Under the pieces are notes generated by a model. That model saw nothing but the letters and a program-made list of their open reading frames with translations, ran no database searches and had not been told where the DNA came from. From Waddliaceae bacterium (GTDB lineage: Bacteria > Chlamydiota > Chlamydiia > Chlamydiales > SLFE01), in NCBI GenBank assembly GCA_963771045.1, contig CAVYRW010000004.1, positions 1,088,001 through 1,152,000 of the forward strand: 64,000 bases of DNA. Direction: 5' to 3'. The translations under genes were made by a program, and so were the position numbers. Below, in pieces: positions 41,134 to 53,928 of this stretch. How positions within the stretch are numbered: the stretch's first letter is position 1; every line of letters starts with the position of its first letter.

Positions 41134-42960
41134 ATGATTACCACACGCGAATGCAACACGGATAACGATAAGAGTTTAAACATTTATACAAGTTGGGGAG
41201 GCGAAAAACAGGAGATTTTCGCGGAACTATTAACCAAACTTTATGAGGAGCTAAAGACATCACCAACCGGTAATGAACCGAAAATTAAAAAGCTGTCTGA
41301 TAAGATAAAAGAGAAGGCACAACAAGAACTTATAAAAACTATGAATAAGGTCTCGCTCAATGTATTAAAAAAGGATGTTCCAGAGATCAAAAAAAGTGGA
41401 GTTCAGAATTGGATCAAAGCACAAAATGAGAGAATTAAAAGTATTTCTCAAAAAACTCTTACTTCAACTCGAAGAGTGACCAGATCTTCTAAGTCTAGGA
41501 AACCCAAAAAAACGGAATACCGTTTAAAAGAACGGATCAATCCCCCAGTGAAAATAGAAGAAAAAGAAATTATCAAAAATTATCCTGCACCAAAACCTCA
41601 ACAATCTCATCCACAGAAAAAATTAAAGGAACCATCAGCTACAACAGAAAAATTAACTAAGATGCCAATTGAAGACTCTCCAGACGCACTCTGGAAAGAA
41701 TTTTCAGGTATTACTGATTCTGCCCTTACTGTCAGTGAAAATATGACTGAAAATGAAGTGAACCCATTTGCGGCTCAACTCAAACAATGCAAGGAAATTC
41801 TGAAGGAACAAGAATCTCATATTTTGCTGGCCCAAAAGGTGAAGGAAACCATTTTATTGTGCGCGGCAGTATATAACAGAATTTCCATCGAAGTGCCGAA
41901 GGGAGTGTATGGAAGAGTTCGAGATCCGAATAAATTCATGAAACAATTTGAATTCGTTTTATCGCAACGAATTTGCAAGAATGTTTCATCCGATTCAGAA
42001 AGTACAAGAACAGCTGGAAAGTTATATCAAAGAAAACGAAAATATCTGGAACAAAATGATTGAAGATCTCGGGCAGACTAGAGAAGGTTTTTGTCCGCTG
42101 GATATTTCCAAGGAGGGGCTTGAACAATGTCAAGAGTCACTGCATCCCCACATCTTCAGAAACAAAAGAAAGTGTCAAATCCAGAAAGATCAGACAAAAA
42201 AAACAAGGGCAAAGAATCGAAACTCGCAAGCAAAATTTCACATTATCCTATTTTTGCCTTAAACAAATGGAAACACATCTCACTAAATTGAAACACAGAA
42301 CATCTGAAATCGGTGACAACTATTATAAAAACCCAAAGGTGGCTCAATACAAGGACAAGGAGGAAATAACACAAAATCATATCCTCAACAACAATAATAA
42401 AACTGAAGTTATCAATAATGGGTTCAGAGTCTTATATGAAATTCTATCGGCAAAAGAATTCATAGAACTAGTTCTTAGATCCCATGAGTCCATGAGGCCG
42501 ACCGACCGACAGGAATATCTAAAAACCCCCTATGGGGAATATAAAAAAATATTTGATAAAGAGAGAGAGGCTCTCAAAACAAAAGAAGAAAATACAAAAG
42601 CAACGTTGACGCAAACTATTGAACGTCTTGAAAGCGTCATTAGAGGAGAACGTCAAGAAAGACTATTCTAAAAAAGATAAAGAGGGGCTTAAAAAAGCAA
42701 ATTCTTCTGAGGATTATGAAAAACTGCTTCAAGAAGTTCAAGATTATCATGCCCGGTGGTATGCAGCTACGATTCAAAAAATAATTTTGGAAGAGCTCGT
42801 CAATAAAATTGATGAACGCATGAATATCGACGAAACCACAAAAGCTTCATATTTCACGCCCTTTGTTAAATTGACAGGGGCAAAGATCTCTGAAGGATTT
42901 CTTCCCCTTTATGAGAAATTCGTCGATCTCATCCCACCCGATGAAAATGAAAAACAATAA
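41134..42960 (+). CDS. Lys/Glu-rich helical hypothetical protein, probably one gene split by frameshifts
   Basis: Four overlapping same-strand ORFs with uniform composition. GGAGG RBS only before the first. Confidence 0.5.
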
Positions 42961-42986
42961 TCGCGCCTGAAAGATTTGGATGAGGG

Positions 42987-44698
42987 TTAACCTTCATCCA
43001 AATCTTTTATTTTCTCTTCGACAATTTCATTAATCTTACGAGCGTAATCACGATAGCTGTTCTCTATATCAGACTGAGATAACTCATTAATGACATGAGG
43101 GGCGACACCCAGGTTTTCAATCGGCTGTCCATTAGAGCGAATTCCTAGAGACCCGGTCAGCGTAATAACGGCAACTCCCAGCCTGTTGGCCATATAGTGA
43201 GGAAGGACATACCCTCCGGCACCCGCTGTCCTTGTACCGACAAGCGTCGCGCGGTCATTGTCTTTCATAATGGCCGGAAAGAAATCACCGCAGGAAAAAT
43301 CAAGGCTATTGGTAAGAAGGACAATTGGTTTTGTGAATTTAACTGCCGGGTGGGGATTGACGTGGTCGACGCTGTACATGTGAACCAGATCGGTGTATAT
43401 TTTTCCCTCTTTCCATTGGTCGATAATAAAACGAAAAAACTCTTTCATAAATTGAGCTATCTGATAATTCACAGGCGTTCCATAAAATGTGTCTCCCAAT
43501 AACGACTTTCGCATCGTCGTCAGACTCAATCAAATTAAGATAATCAATCATCATTGCCTGCTTCCATCACCTCTTCTTGCGAAAGAAGTATATGCTCTTT
43601 CGGCGTGACAAGAGGTTTATCAGTCAGCATTGAAGCAATGGCATACACAACAAACAGATTCCCTCCGGGATTATTCAGCTGGTCGATAACGAGCGCATCG
43701 GCGTTTTCATTCATGATCTGAAGAATTTCTTCGATTTCCTGAAGCTCTTCCAAATCGAGCATATAGTGCGGAATCCTAAGATACCCGACAGTCTTCTTCT
43801 CTTCATTGATATAAAGGTATGCGTGAATTGAATTGGATGAGTTGGTCTCCCAACAAACAGAACCAAGCGTTGGCAAAAATGATCTTTTTGCCCCGATTTC
43901 ATTCGGGTCCAGAGTCAGTGTCTCCTCTTCTCCGCAACAAAAAGAAAGGTAGTTTTGCGCAAGGGGCAACGCTCTGTCGCATTTCATTCTGTCTTTGTCA
44001 AGCCATTTAGGCAGCAAATGATTTTGAGGTTTAGCCACTACAAAATCTTGAACCTCTTCCGGCCGGTACGTCCAAATCATCTGATAGGTTTTCAATTCTT
44101 TCGTATCCTTATCCCTGACAGAAACGGTTACTGGCCCTTTTGGGACTTTGTTGCCGATACAGGCAGATCGTGCTGTGAGATTAATCTCGGCAAGGCATTG
44201 ATCTGTTTCAGGAGTCGCTGAATGACTTGCGAGAAGCATCAGCTCTTGAACCGCGTCATCGGGATGCCTACCGTCAAATTCGACAAGTTCATCGCCTGCA
44301 TGGAAGAAAGCAAATTTACCCTCGTCCACATAAGTGAGAAAATAGCGGTCTCCGAAACGCTTAGCCTTAAAGGGAAGGCAGGCAGATTCTGTGCAGTAAA
44401 AATAGGCATTAACATGGTAGTCTTTCATTGAGCGAATAAATTTTCCAAGCTGCCGATGAAAATCTTTGATGGTGGCCGTTCCCTCATTTTCAATACTGTT
44501 TTTGAACCGGGCAATCTCCTGATTCAGGTCCCACTGGCAATACTCTTGCTTCCAGTCTGCCGGGGCGTACCTGGAATAAAATAACGCATTGAGAGAATCG
44601 CTATAATTGATCATTTCTGCTTTGGAAATTTCGTAGCCTCCTTTTAGATTCGTGAAACTCAACAAAAGAAATACTATTACTGCAAAATGTTTTTTCAT
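42987..44698 (-). CDS. CPAF-like S41 protease (one frameshift near 43550)
   Basis: YAPADWK, DYHV, VIDQLNNPGG, DFSCGDFFPAI, GTRTAGAGG. Confidence 0.88.
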
Positions 44699-44867
44699 AT
44701 TTTACCTTCCTGATTCAATAATTCAATTATTCTACATTATTGGATAAGTTAACTTCAAGTCCTCTGAACCGGAAAGAAAAAATATATTTGAATGAATTGC
44801 AGGAATTTCTTTACAAAGTTGCATTGAGGCAGTAATATTAATACTGGTAAAAGATGGAGGAGAGGCC

Positions 44868-45624
44868 TTGTATACTTCTGAAATTACTTATGCCGTTAAC
44901 GGCGAAAATATGCGGGGATTTGTGGCTTATGAGGACGAGTTTTGATCATCCCAGACCCGCTGTCGTGATAGCTCATGCCTGGCGGGGGCTGGATGATTTT
45001 GCCCGTGAAAAAGCTGTAGCCTTGGCGGAAATGGGGTATGTCGGTTTTGCCGCTGATGTTTATGGCGGCGGCATCAATGCAGAAGACGACGAAGAGTCTA
45101 TGGCTCTAATGCTTCCCCTCTTTGAAAATCGCAAACTTCTGCAGAACCGGATCAATGCTGCCGTGAATTTGGTGAAAGATCTGAAGCAAACAGATGAAAC
45201 GCATATCTCTGCTATCGGTTTTTGTTTTGGCGGCCTTACGGTTCTTGAACTTCTGCGAAGCGGCGCCGATGTACGATCAGTTATTAGTTTTCATGGAGTC
45301 CTTGCAGATGTTTTAGGCGAAGTTAAAGCCAAAAGACCACCCAACGCCGATAAGTTGAAAGGATCAGTCTTATTTCTCCATGGCCATGACGATCCTATGG
45401 TTTCCGATACAGATATCAAAAAAGTTCTTCACGAACTCGACGAGGCCAATGTCGACTGGCAATTTCATATCTATGGCCACACAATGCATGCTTTTACGAA
45501 TCCAATGGCGCGCGATGCCGACAAAGGCACCGTATATCAGCCCCAAGCGGCCAAACGATCCTGGCAAACCGCGCAAAATTTTCTTGTTGAACAATTTAAT
45601 TTAGATAAGGAGCTGATTTTTTGA
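44868..45624 (+). CDS. Dienelactone hydrolase family protein (5' frameshift)
   Basis: HAWRGLD, GFCFGG, SFHG, HAFTNP. Likely TTG start at 44868 after GGAGG. Confidence 0.88.
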
Positions 45625-45950
45625 AAACATTATCAACCGTTGTCGGATTTTACGGTCTGCTGACCATCGCCGGAGGTTTAATCGGCTATTTCATCGCCGG
45701 AAGCACTACTTCTATCGTAACCGGGAGTCTATTCGGATTTCTGCTGGTAATTTCAGCTTTGCTGATTATGAAAGAGTTTATTTTCGGGCTCTACGCAGCT
45801 TCCCTCTTAAGTCTTCTATTGACAGCATTTTTCATTTATCGTTATATTTCTACTTCGAAATGGATGCCAGCAGGCTTTATGATGATTATAAGCCTTCTTG
45901 TGTTCGCAATAACTGTTTTGACATACATTGTGAAAGCGCCTAAAACTTAA
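45621..45950 (+). CDS. TMEM14-family membrane protein
   Basis: YGLLTIAGGLIGY...GSTTS, KWMPAG. Confidence 0.85.
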   Translation: MKTLSTVVGFYGLLTIAGGLIGYFIAGSTTSIVTGSLFGFLLVISALLIMKEFIFGLYAASLLSLLLTAFFIYRYISTSKWMPAGFMMIISLLVFAITVLTYIVKAPKT

Positions 45951-45951
45951 G

Positions 45952-47156
45952 ATGTCTTCAATCCAAGACGCAATTCAAGCCCTAAAGAGCGGGCAATTCG
46001 TTATCCTTGCCGATGACAAAGAGCGGGAAAATGAGGGCGACCTCGTCGTTGCTGCTGAAAAGATCACGGCTGAACATGTCGTCTTTTTCCTCAAACATAC
46101 CGGAGGAGTGATTTGTGTTCCCATGACTGAGGAAAGGCTCAATCAACTCACTATTCCGCAAATGGTCCAGAATAACACCGACCCTAACAAGACGGCATTT
46201 ACAGTAAGCGTTGACTATAAAATTGGGACAACTACCGGAATTTCTGCCCAGGATAGGGCAAAAACCATTCGAGCCCTGGCTCATCCCCAATCATGCCCAA
46301 GCGACTTTACGAGGCCCGGACATGTCTTTCCCCTCCAATACAAAAAAGGAGGGGTACTCAAGCGTGCCGGACATACCGAAGCGTCGATCGATCTGCTAGA
46401 ACTTGCCGGGATGAGTCCTGTAGCTGCCATTTCCGAAATTGTCAATCCCGACGGCACAATGACGCGCACTCAAGACCTCAACAGTTTTTCCGAAACACAC
46501 AACATTCCCCTCTTGTCGGTCGCCGATCATTATCACGATACCGAAGAGAACATGAAAATCTGGTTGAGTGCGTATCAAAGGCGGCAATCCCAACAGAATT
46601 CGGTCTATTTACCGCCTATGTCTATCGATCAAAACTGGACAATAACGAGCATATGGCCCTGGTTAAGGGAAGCCTGGAGGGACAAGACTAATGTTCTCGT
46701 ACGCGTCCACTCGGAGTGCCTGACAGGAGATGTCTTCGGCTCCTTGAGATGCGAGTGCGGACTGCAGCTTAAGGAAGCTTTAAGGCTGATTGCTAACGAA
46801 GGTGCAGGAGTTGTCGTCTACCTTCGCGGACATGAGGGAAGGGGCATCGGCCTTGGCCATAAACTGCGTGCTTATGGATTGCAAGACACAGGTCTCGATA
46901 CAGTCGAGGCTAATGAAAAACTCGGCCTTCCCGTAGATTCAAGAGAATATGGCATTGGCGCTCAAATCCTTTCCAGTCTCGGTGTGACCACGCTTAGGCT
47001 CCTGACCAATAATCCCGCAAAGTATGGCGGGATAGACGGATTCGGACTTAAGATTGTCGACAGCGCCTGCCTTTGATTCCCGAAGCGCCTGCTGAATGTC
47101 AAAAATACCTGAAAACAAAAAAAGAAAAAATGGGACATTTACTGGAGATTAATTAA
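45952..47156 (+). CDS. ribBA: Bifunctional DHBP synthase / GTP cyclohydrolase II (frameshifts near 46540, 46670 and 47065)
   Basis: DDKERENEGD, RPGHVFPL, RAGHTEA, VRVHSECLTGD, HEGRGIGL, LLTNNP. Confidence 0.93.
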
Positions 47157-47643
47157 ATGGAAAAGGAAATAAAAATCGGAATCATTGTCAGCTCATATCA
47201 TGAAGATATTACAGACGCATTATTAAATGAAACTGTAGGCCGTCTTGAAGAACATGAAATCTATGAGGAACAAATTGAAGTCGTGGAAGTTCCGGGAGCG
47301 CTGGAAATTTCCATCATAGCCAAACAGCTAACGCTATTTTGCGATGCCGTCATCTGTTTGGGAGCCGTTATTAGAGGTGAAACATCCCACTACGATATTG
47401 TCTGCCAAGAATCTGCCCGCTGCCTGTCCGATATAGCCCTGGATTCAGATGTTCCTGTCATAAACGGCATCCTCACTGTCGAGACCGCGATGCAGGCAAA
47501 GGAAAGAGTTCACGCGCGGCGCCTATTTCGCCGATGCCGCCATAGAGATGGCCTCCCTTATGCAAGAGTACAACCATGATGAAATCGACGACGCTATCAT
47601 GAACGTTTTAGAAAACATGAAAGACGGTTTCGAAGCCAATTAG
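47157..47643 (+). CDS. ribH: 6,7-dimethyl-8-ribityllumazine synthase (3' frameshift)
   Basis: VPGALEI, LGAVIRGETSHYD, PVINGILT. Confidence 0.92.
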
Positions 47644-47644
47644 G

Positions 47645-47780
47645 TTAAACCCCTGATTGTCCCCTAATCTCGTCTGCCGTTTTTTTAGAAGGTCTCGATA
47701 TGAATTGACAGGGCGAGGAGCGCAAGTTCTTAGATGGGCCTTCTAAAAAATCTGTCAAGCGACACAACTTGAGATCTAAA
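47645..47780. repeat. Palindromic element related to the 2480/17119 repeat
   Basis: TTAAACCCCTGATTGTCCCCTAATCT end. Internal inverted repeat TTTTTAGAAGG / CCTTCTAAAAA. Confidence 0.45.
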
Positions 47781-47852
47781 TGTTTTGATTAAACCATTTT
47801 TTTTTCAGGATTTGGAGCAGCAAATACTCCAAAGAATACTTCGTATCAGAGG

Positions 47853-48492
47853 TTAAAGGGGCTGCGGAGGCGATTTAAAGTCTGTCGTCAGAACAAATTC
47901 GCTTATAAAATGCTCAAATACACTCCTTTCGAATGTACTGGGGCTTGATGCATAAATCAGACTATAGACCGAATTATTGGCAAAAAAGGATGTGCCGTCG
48001 ATACGAACATTGGGATTTTGTATAGAAAAATCTATGGTTGGATGATTCTGGAAACTTGACTCCGAGATATCTCTTAAAATATTCTGATTATTGGCGTTCA
48101 GCAAATCAGCCATAGTTGATTTTAGGGCCTTTTGAATATCAGGAACTCGATAGCCTTTAGGATATCGCAACACACGAACCATCAATAGCGTCTCATCCGG
48201 CAGCCGAGAAATAAAAACATCGAGGGCGCCATCGATATCTTTTTTATTCGATATCTTTACCTTTTTGCTATCATATTCGGGAGGATTAGGAAAATAGGCT
48301 CGAAAGTAGTCGTTTTCAGATGTGCTATTCTTTCCAACCACTATAATCTTTTTCCTCCTTTTTAGTACTGACATTTCCGGGCAAGACCTTATAGCTGTCT
48401 TCCAATTGGGATTTACCGACCCAAAGGAGAAGAAAGAAAAATAAGAAACCGATAATCCCTATCCCTAAGATTTTGAGCTTTTTATCGTCCAT
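47853..48492 (-). CDS. Hypothetical membrane-anchored protein (frameshifted)
   Basis: ATG 48492 encodes a hydrophobic anchor, out of frame with the 47853-48374 ORF. Confidence 0.55.
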
Positions 48493-48641
48493 GAGACACC
48501 ACCTTTCAAAATTACATAATAATAACTTTAATAAATTTTATGTGAGCATTTTTTTAATGCTCTAGAATTGAGATTCTTAAGTATATCATTATTGATTTGA
48601 CAGGATTTGCCGCCATATGTTTTGATAATTAGCACGTATCG

Positions 48642-50271
48642 ATGAACAAAGGTGTTATGAGTTATTTAAAGCTTACTCTGGCGCTGCTCATCATAGCCGG
48701 CGGACTCATTGGATGCCGAAGTGATAGCCAAACTAGTGAAAAACAGGTCCTAAGACTCAATTTTTTCGCAGAACCCCCTACCCTCGACCCGAGAATTGGC
48801 AACTATTCAATTTATGCCAATATTCTCCCGATGCTCTACGACGGCCTCATGCGATTCGAGCCGAGCGGGAAACTGGCCCCATCCGTGGCTGAAGACGTGG
48901 AAGTTTCTGAAAACGGCCTGGTCTACATATTCCATCTCAAACACACCCTTTGGTCCAATGGCGACCCGGTTACAGCCTATGACTTCGAATACGCCTGGAA
49001 ATGGACGCTGAATCCAAGCAGCCCCGCTCCTATGGCCAGCCACCTTTACTGCCTCAAAAATGGAGAAGCCGCCCATGCCGGAAGAGTTGCTGTATCACAA
49101 ATTGGAGTCTTTGCAAGGGATGCCGATACGCTGGTTGTAGAACTAGAAAAGCCCATACCGTTCTTCTTAGAGCTCGTTTCTGTCTTTAACTTTTATCCAG
49201 TCAACCATCTGCACCCCGATTGCTTTAAAAATGGCAAATGTATAGGAAACGGCCCCTTTTATCTGAAAGACTGGAAGCCTGGTCAAGAAATGGTCCTCGT
49301 TAAGAATCTTAGATATTGGGATTTGGAGAAAGTCAAGCTCAATCAAATCGAGATATCCTTTGTCCAGGATATGAACACCGAGCTTCAACTTTTTAAAAAG
49401 GGGCTGCTCGATTGGGCAGGCGCTCCCCTCTCTCAAGGGTTGCCCTCAGACGCGTTTCCCAAACTGCGGGCAAAGGGCCAGCTGAAAACCCATCCGTTTC
49501 TCGGAACCTACTTCTATAGTTTCAACACAAGGCGGCCTCTTCTGAACAACCGTAAAATTCGAAGAGCCCTGACATACATGATACCGCGGGATGAAATTGT
49601 CAGGCACATTTCTCAGGGAAACGAAGTGCCTGCCTTGCGCTTTGTTCCGAAGCAGATCAATGTCCGAGACCATCCTACCGATTCATTTGATATCAAAGAG
49701 GCTAAGAAACTCTTCAGCGAAGGGCTTCAAAGAGTCGGGTGTGGATAAAGAACAGATACAAACGCTTGTCCTCAGCTATAATAAAAGCGAAATGCATCAC
49801 GCGATTGCTCAGACCATTCAACACAGGTGGAAAGAAGTCTTCGGGATCGATGTCAAGCTGAGAAGCCAGGATTGGAAGGCCCATTTAAGTGAAATACAGG
49901 CCGCAAACTTCGATATTGCCAGGCTGGCATGGAAAGGAATTTCCTCCGATCCCATTCACTTTCTTGAAATGTTCCAGGACTACAAACATCCGATGCACAG
50001 TTCGGGATGGATACATTCGACATTTAATGAATATGTCAAAAGAGCCGCCGGAGAGACCGATGAGGAGCAGCGTCATTTCTACATGGCCGAAGCAGAGGAA
50101 ATTCTCACAAGGGATATGCCTGTTGCCCCTATCTATCATTTGACGATCAGCTATGTGAAACATCCCGAATTTCACAATTTTGTGATCAACCAGTTAGGGT
50201 CGATCGATTTTAAATGGGCATCATTTAACAATGATGATGAAATCTTGACCACGCACCAAGAAGGTTTATGA
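48642..50271 (+). CDS. oppA: Oligopeptide ABC transporter substrate-binding lipoprotein (frameshift near 49735)
   Basis: Lipobox LIGC, EPPTLDPR, WSNGDPVTAYDF, GNGPFYL. Confidence 0.92.
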
Positions 50272-51210
50272 TCCGCTATATATTAAAAAAGTTGATTTAC
50301 GCTGTATTATCATTACTGGTCATGGTTACCCTGACATTTGTCATGATGAAATCACTGCCCGGAGACCCTTTCAGCGATGAAAAAGCCCTCCCTCGCGAAG
50401 TGATCGACAATCTCCGTCATCACTATGGACTTGACAGGCCTATCCTTGAGCAATATTGGCAATACATCGTCTCTCTTGCGACACTGAATTTCGGACCCTC
50501 TATCGTGTATCCTACCCGCTCTGTCGGCGACATTATCAAAACCAGTTTTCCGGTCTCCGCCGTTTTAGGAACTCAAGCCCTTCTCCTTTCACTTGGTGGA
50601 GGTATTTTTTTTGGAACTTTTTCCGCTCTTTTTAATAAGCACTGGCCCCAAAAAACATTGACCCTTATCGGCATAGTCTGCATTTCCATTCCCAGTTTCA
50701 TCCTGGCCAGCCTGCTTCAATATATTTTCGGCATTTATTTGGGCTGGCTCCCTATCGCCCGCTGGGGTGCCTGGGAACATACAGATTCTCCCCTCTATCG
50801 CTCTGGCAGCCCTGCCGCTGGCCTATATCGCCCGCCTTGTGCGAACCAACTTGACAAATGCTCTTAAGATGCCTTACATCAAAAATGCCAGAGCAAAAGG
50901 GCTGTCGGCAAAAGAAGTTTTGCTCTACCACGCCTTCCCAAATTCCTTAACCCCCGTTATTAGTTATTTAAGCCAATTTACAACAGCTATTTTAACTGGA
51001 AGTTTTATCGTTGAAAAAATATTCGGTATACCCGGTCTTGGCCAATGGTATGTCTCCAGCATTATGAACAGGGATTATCCCGTTATCATGGGAACAACCA
51101 TTTTTTATAGCGCGATTCTTTTGTTTCTGACATTTTCTCGCCGACCTTATTTACTGTACTTTGGACCCAAGAATTCAAGAGAGCGGAAATGCAGAATATA
51201 TATGACTTAA
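50268..51210 (+). CDS. oppB: Oligopeptide ABC permease (frameshifted)
   Basis: LPGDP, YGLDRP, ARAKGL, EKIFGIPGLG, RDYPV. Confidence 0.9.
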
Positions 51211-52086
51211 ATCCCGAGCTTTTCGAATCCGCTTGACCCTATGGATGCTCTGCAGCCGGCGCCGAGGCAAAAGCTGACTATCTGGAACCGATTCCTTAGG
51301 GAACGGCTCGGTGTCTTTTGCGCCCTTATTTTACTGCTTATTGTCATTGGTGCCATCATCTGCCCCTATATCAGCGGACATCAATTCGATCAGGCCAACC
51401 TTCCATTAAGAAACCAGGCTCCTTCCTGGAATTTCTGGTTCGGATCAGATGATTTGGGCAGAGACATTTTCACCCGTGTCTGGTATGGCGCGCGCATATC
51501 GCTTTTTATCGGATTTACAGCGGCGTTTATCGACTTGATTATCGGAGTCACATGGGGAGCGACATCGGCTTTTTTAGGAGGGATTTTCGATCAGCTTGGC
51601 ATGCGCATCTGCGATATTTTGTTTTCCTTGCCGAAACTTCTTGTTGTTATGGTCCTGACTCTTGCAATCGGAACAGGGTTGATGCCAATCATTATCGCAA
51701 TTGCATTGATCGGATGGGTTCCTATGGCGAGGATTGTGCGGGGCGAAGTGCTGGCAATCAAGCAGCAGGATTATATTCTTTCCGGAATTGCTCTTGGCCT
51801 CGGTTATCCAAGACTTTTGACAAAATATCTCATACCCAATGCCATGGGTCCCATTGTTGTGGCGGCAACGATGAATATACCCAAAGTGATCTTTATCGAA
51901 GCTTTTTTAAGTTTTGTCGGTCTTGGGGTTCAAGCTCCTCATGCAAGTTGGGGAACAATGGCACACGAAGCACTGCCAGCCATGATCTATTACCCTTGGA
52001 GAATGTTTTTTCCCGCGGCCTTGATGAGCCTGACGATTATATGTTTTAATTTTATTGGCGACGCTTTGCAGAAGGTTTTAAGATGA
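51189..52086 (+). CDS. oppC: Oligopeptide ABC permease (5' frameshift; main ORF from 51241)
   Basis: FGSDDLGRD, GARISL, EAFLSFVGLG, SWG. Confidence 0.92.
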
Positions 52087-53054
52087 GTTTGCTCGAAATA
52101 CAAAATCTTAACGTAGTTTTCAGGACTGACAGCGGCGAGCAGCATGCAGTCAGAAATGTGCCTCTTTCTATTGAACAAGGCGAGATCGTAGGGCTCGTCG
52201 GAGAATCGGGGAGCGGCAAAAGCACGATTGCCCAGGCAATCCTGCAGCTTTTCTCAAATGATGAAACAGCAGAGGTCAATGGCACTATCCTTTTTAATGG
52301 TGAAAACCTTATGGCAAAAAGTTCCAAAGAAATGGAACGGATCCGCGGAGCAAAAATAGGACTGATTTTTCAAGACTCGGGGGCATCGTTAAGCCCAACG
52401 ATGACAATCGGAGACCAAATCATTGAAGGAATGCGCAAACATCTTAAACTTTCAAAAGAAGATGCCTACACAAGAGCTGTCGAACTGCTCTTCAATTTAG
52501 GCATCAACCATCCTGTTGAAAGAGTTGAGCAATTCCCTTTTCAACTGAGCGGGGGCATCCGCCAAAGGATCATGTTTGCCATTGCCACTTGCTGCAATCC
52601 AGAACTTCTTATCGCCGACGAGCCGACAACATCGCTTGATGTTAGGGCAGAATCGCAGGTCCTTCAACTCCTCAAGAATCTGGACATGAGCGTATTATTT
52701 ATCTCTCACAATTTAAATCTCATTTCTAAAATTTGCGACCAGGTCTATGTTATGTACGCCGGACAAATCGTAGAGTCCAACAATACCAAAGATTTATTCG
52801 CCTCTCCAAAGCACCCATATACCCGGGCTCTCCTCCACTCCATGCCGAACCTGTCGATCAACCGCAATGCTTCGCTGCAGGTGATTCAGGGATCGCCCCC
52901 AAACCCCTTTCATACTCCTTCCGGCTGCGCATTCCATCCGAGGTGTTCAGTCGCTATGAGGATATGCCGGGAAAAAGATCCAGCCGAAGATCAAAGACTT
53001 TTAACCCCTTGTTGGAAATATGTTGCAAATACAACACCTGTCAAAAACATTTAA
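52083..53054 (+). CDS. oppD: Oligopeptide ABC ATPase
   Basis: GESGSGKS, LSGG, ADEPTT, HPYT, GCAFHPRC. Confidence 0.93.
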   Translation: MSLLEIQNLNVVFRTDSGEQHAVRNVPLSIEQGEIVGLVGESGSGKSTIAQAILQLFSNDETAEVNGTILFNGENLMAKSSKEMERIRGAKIGLIFQDSGASLSPTMTIGDQIIEGMRKHLKLSKEDAYTRAVELLFNLGINHPVERVEQFPFQLSGGIRQRIMFAIATCCNPELLIADEPTTSLDVRAESQVLQLLKNLDMSVLFISHNLNLISKICDQVYVMYAGQIVESNNTKDLFASPKHPYTRALLHSMPNLSINRNASLQVIQGSPPNPFHTPSGCAFHPRCSVAMRICREKDPAEDQRLLTPCWKYVANTTPVKNI

Positions 53055-53928
53055 CCTGAATCGAAAGCCCTTTTATGCCCTTTTCGATCTGAGCCTCAAT
53101 ATATTTCAAGGTGAAATCCTAGGTTTGGTAGGGGCCAGCGGATCCGGAAAGACAACCTTGGGGAAGCTCCTTCTTAATTTAATTGCCCCCACCGCGGGCA
53201 GCATTATTTACAACAATCAGCCAGCCTCTGCCATACCGCGAAAAAAAATGCAGATGGTCTTTCAAAATCCCCACAATTCTCTCAACCCGAAAATGACCGC
53301 CTTAGAATTGATTTCTGAACCGCTGATCGTTCATCGCCTTTGCCTGCCGGAAAAAATCAATACCCGCACCTATGATCTGGCCGACATGGTCGGATTGAGC
53401 CGCCAGCTGCTTGCAAGCTATCCGGATCAGCTAAGCGGCGGTCAGAAGCAGCGTGTCGCTATTGCCAGGGCCATTGCCGCAGAGCCGGAATTTATTGTCT
53501 TCGATGAAGCCGTTTCAGCCCTTGACGCCTCCGTCCAGGCCCAAATCATCAATTTGTTAAAAAAACTTCAGAAAAAGTTGAATCTGACCTACCTTTTTAT
53601 CTCTCACGATCTTTCAGTTGTCAAATACTTAACAGACCGTGTCGCAGTGTTGCAGGCGGGAAGGTTGGTTGAGGTCGCACCAACCCCAGTCATCTTTTCC
53701 GATCCGAGGCACCCTTATACAAAAGAGCTGTTAAACTCTTTGAAGCCTGCTGAAAAGGTCCGGCAGCTCAGTTTTATTCCTTCAAATTTTGCAATAGACG
53801 ACAAGCAACGCGACAAAGGCTGTCCCTTTTGCGATCATTGCGCTTATTCCGAGGCCATCTGCTGGGAAATCAGACCGGAAATCAAAGAATGCGGCTTTGA
53901 GCACTTCGCTGCCTGCCATAAATCGTAA
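53020..53928 (+). CDS. oppF: Oligopeptide ABC ATPase
   Basis: GASGSGKT, LSGGQKQR, DEAVSALD. Confidence 0.93.
   Translation: MLQIQHLSKTFNLNRKPFYALFDLSLNIFQGEILGLVGASGSGKTTLGKLLLNLIAPTAGSIIYNNQPASAIPRKKMQMVFQNPHNSLNPKMTALELISEPLIVHRLCLPEKINTRTYDLADMVGLSRQLLASYPDQLSGGQKQRVAIARAIAAEPEFIVFDEAVSALDASVQAQIINLLKKLQKKLNLTYLFISHDLSVVKYLTDRVAVLQAGRLVEVAPTPVIFSDPRHPYTKELLNSLKPAEKVRQLSFIPSNFAIDDKQRDKGCPFCDHCAYSEAICWEIRPEIKECGFEHFAACHKS

Noticed and set aside
45900..45952. FMN riboswitch before ribBA
   Set aside because: ribBA starts 1 nt after the upstream gene, leaving no leader.
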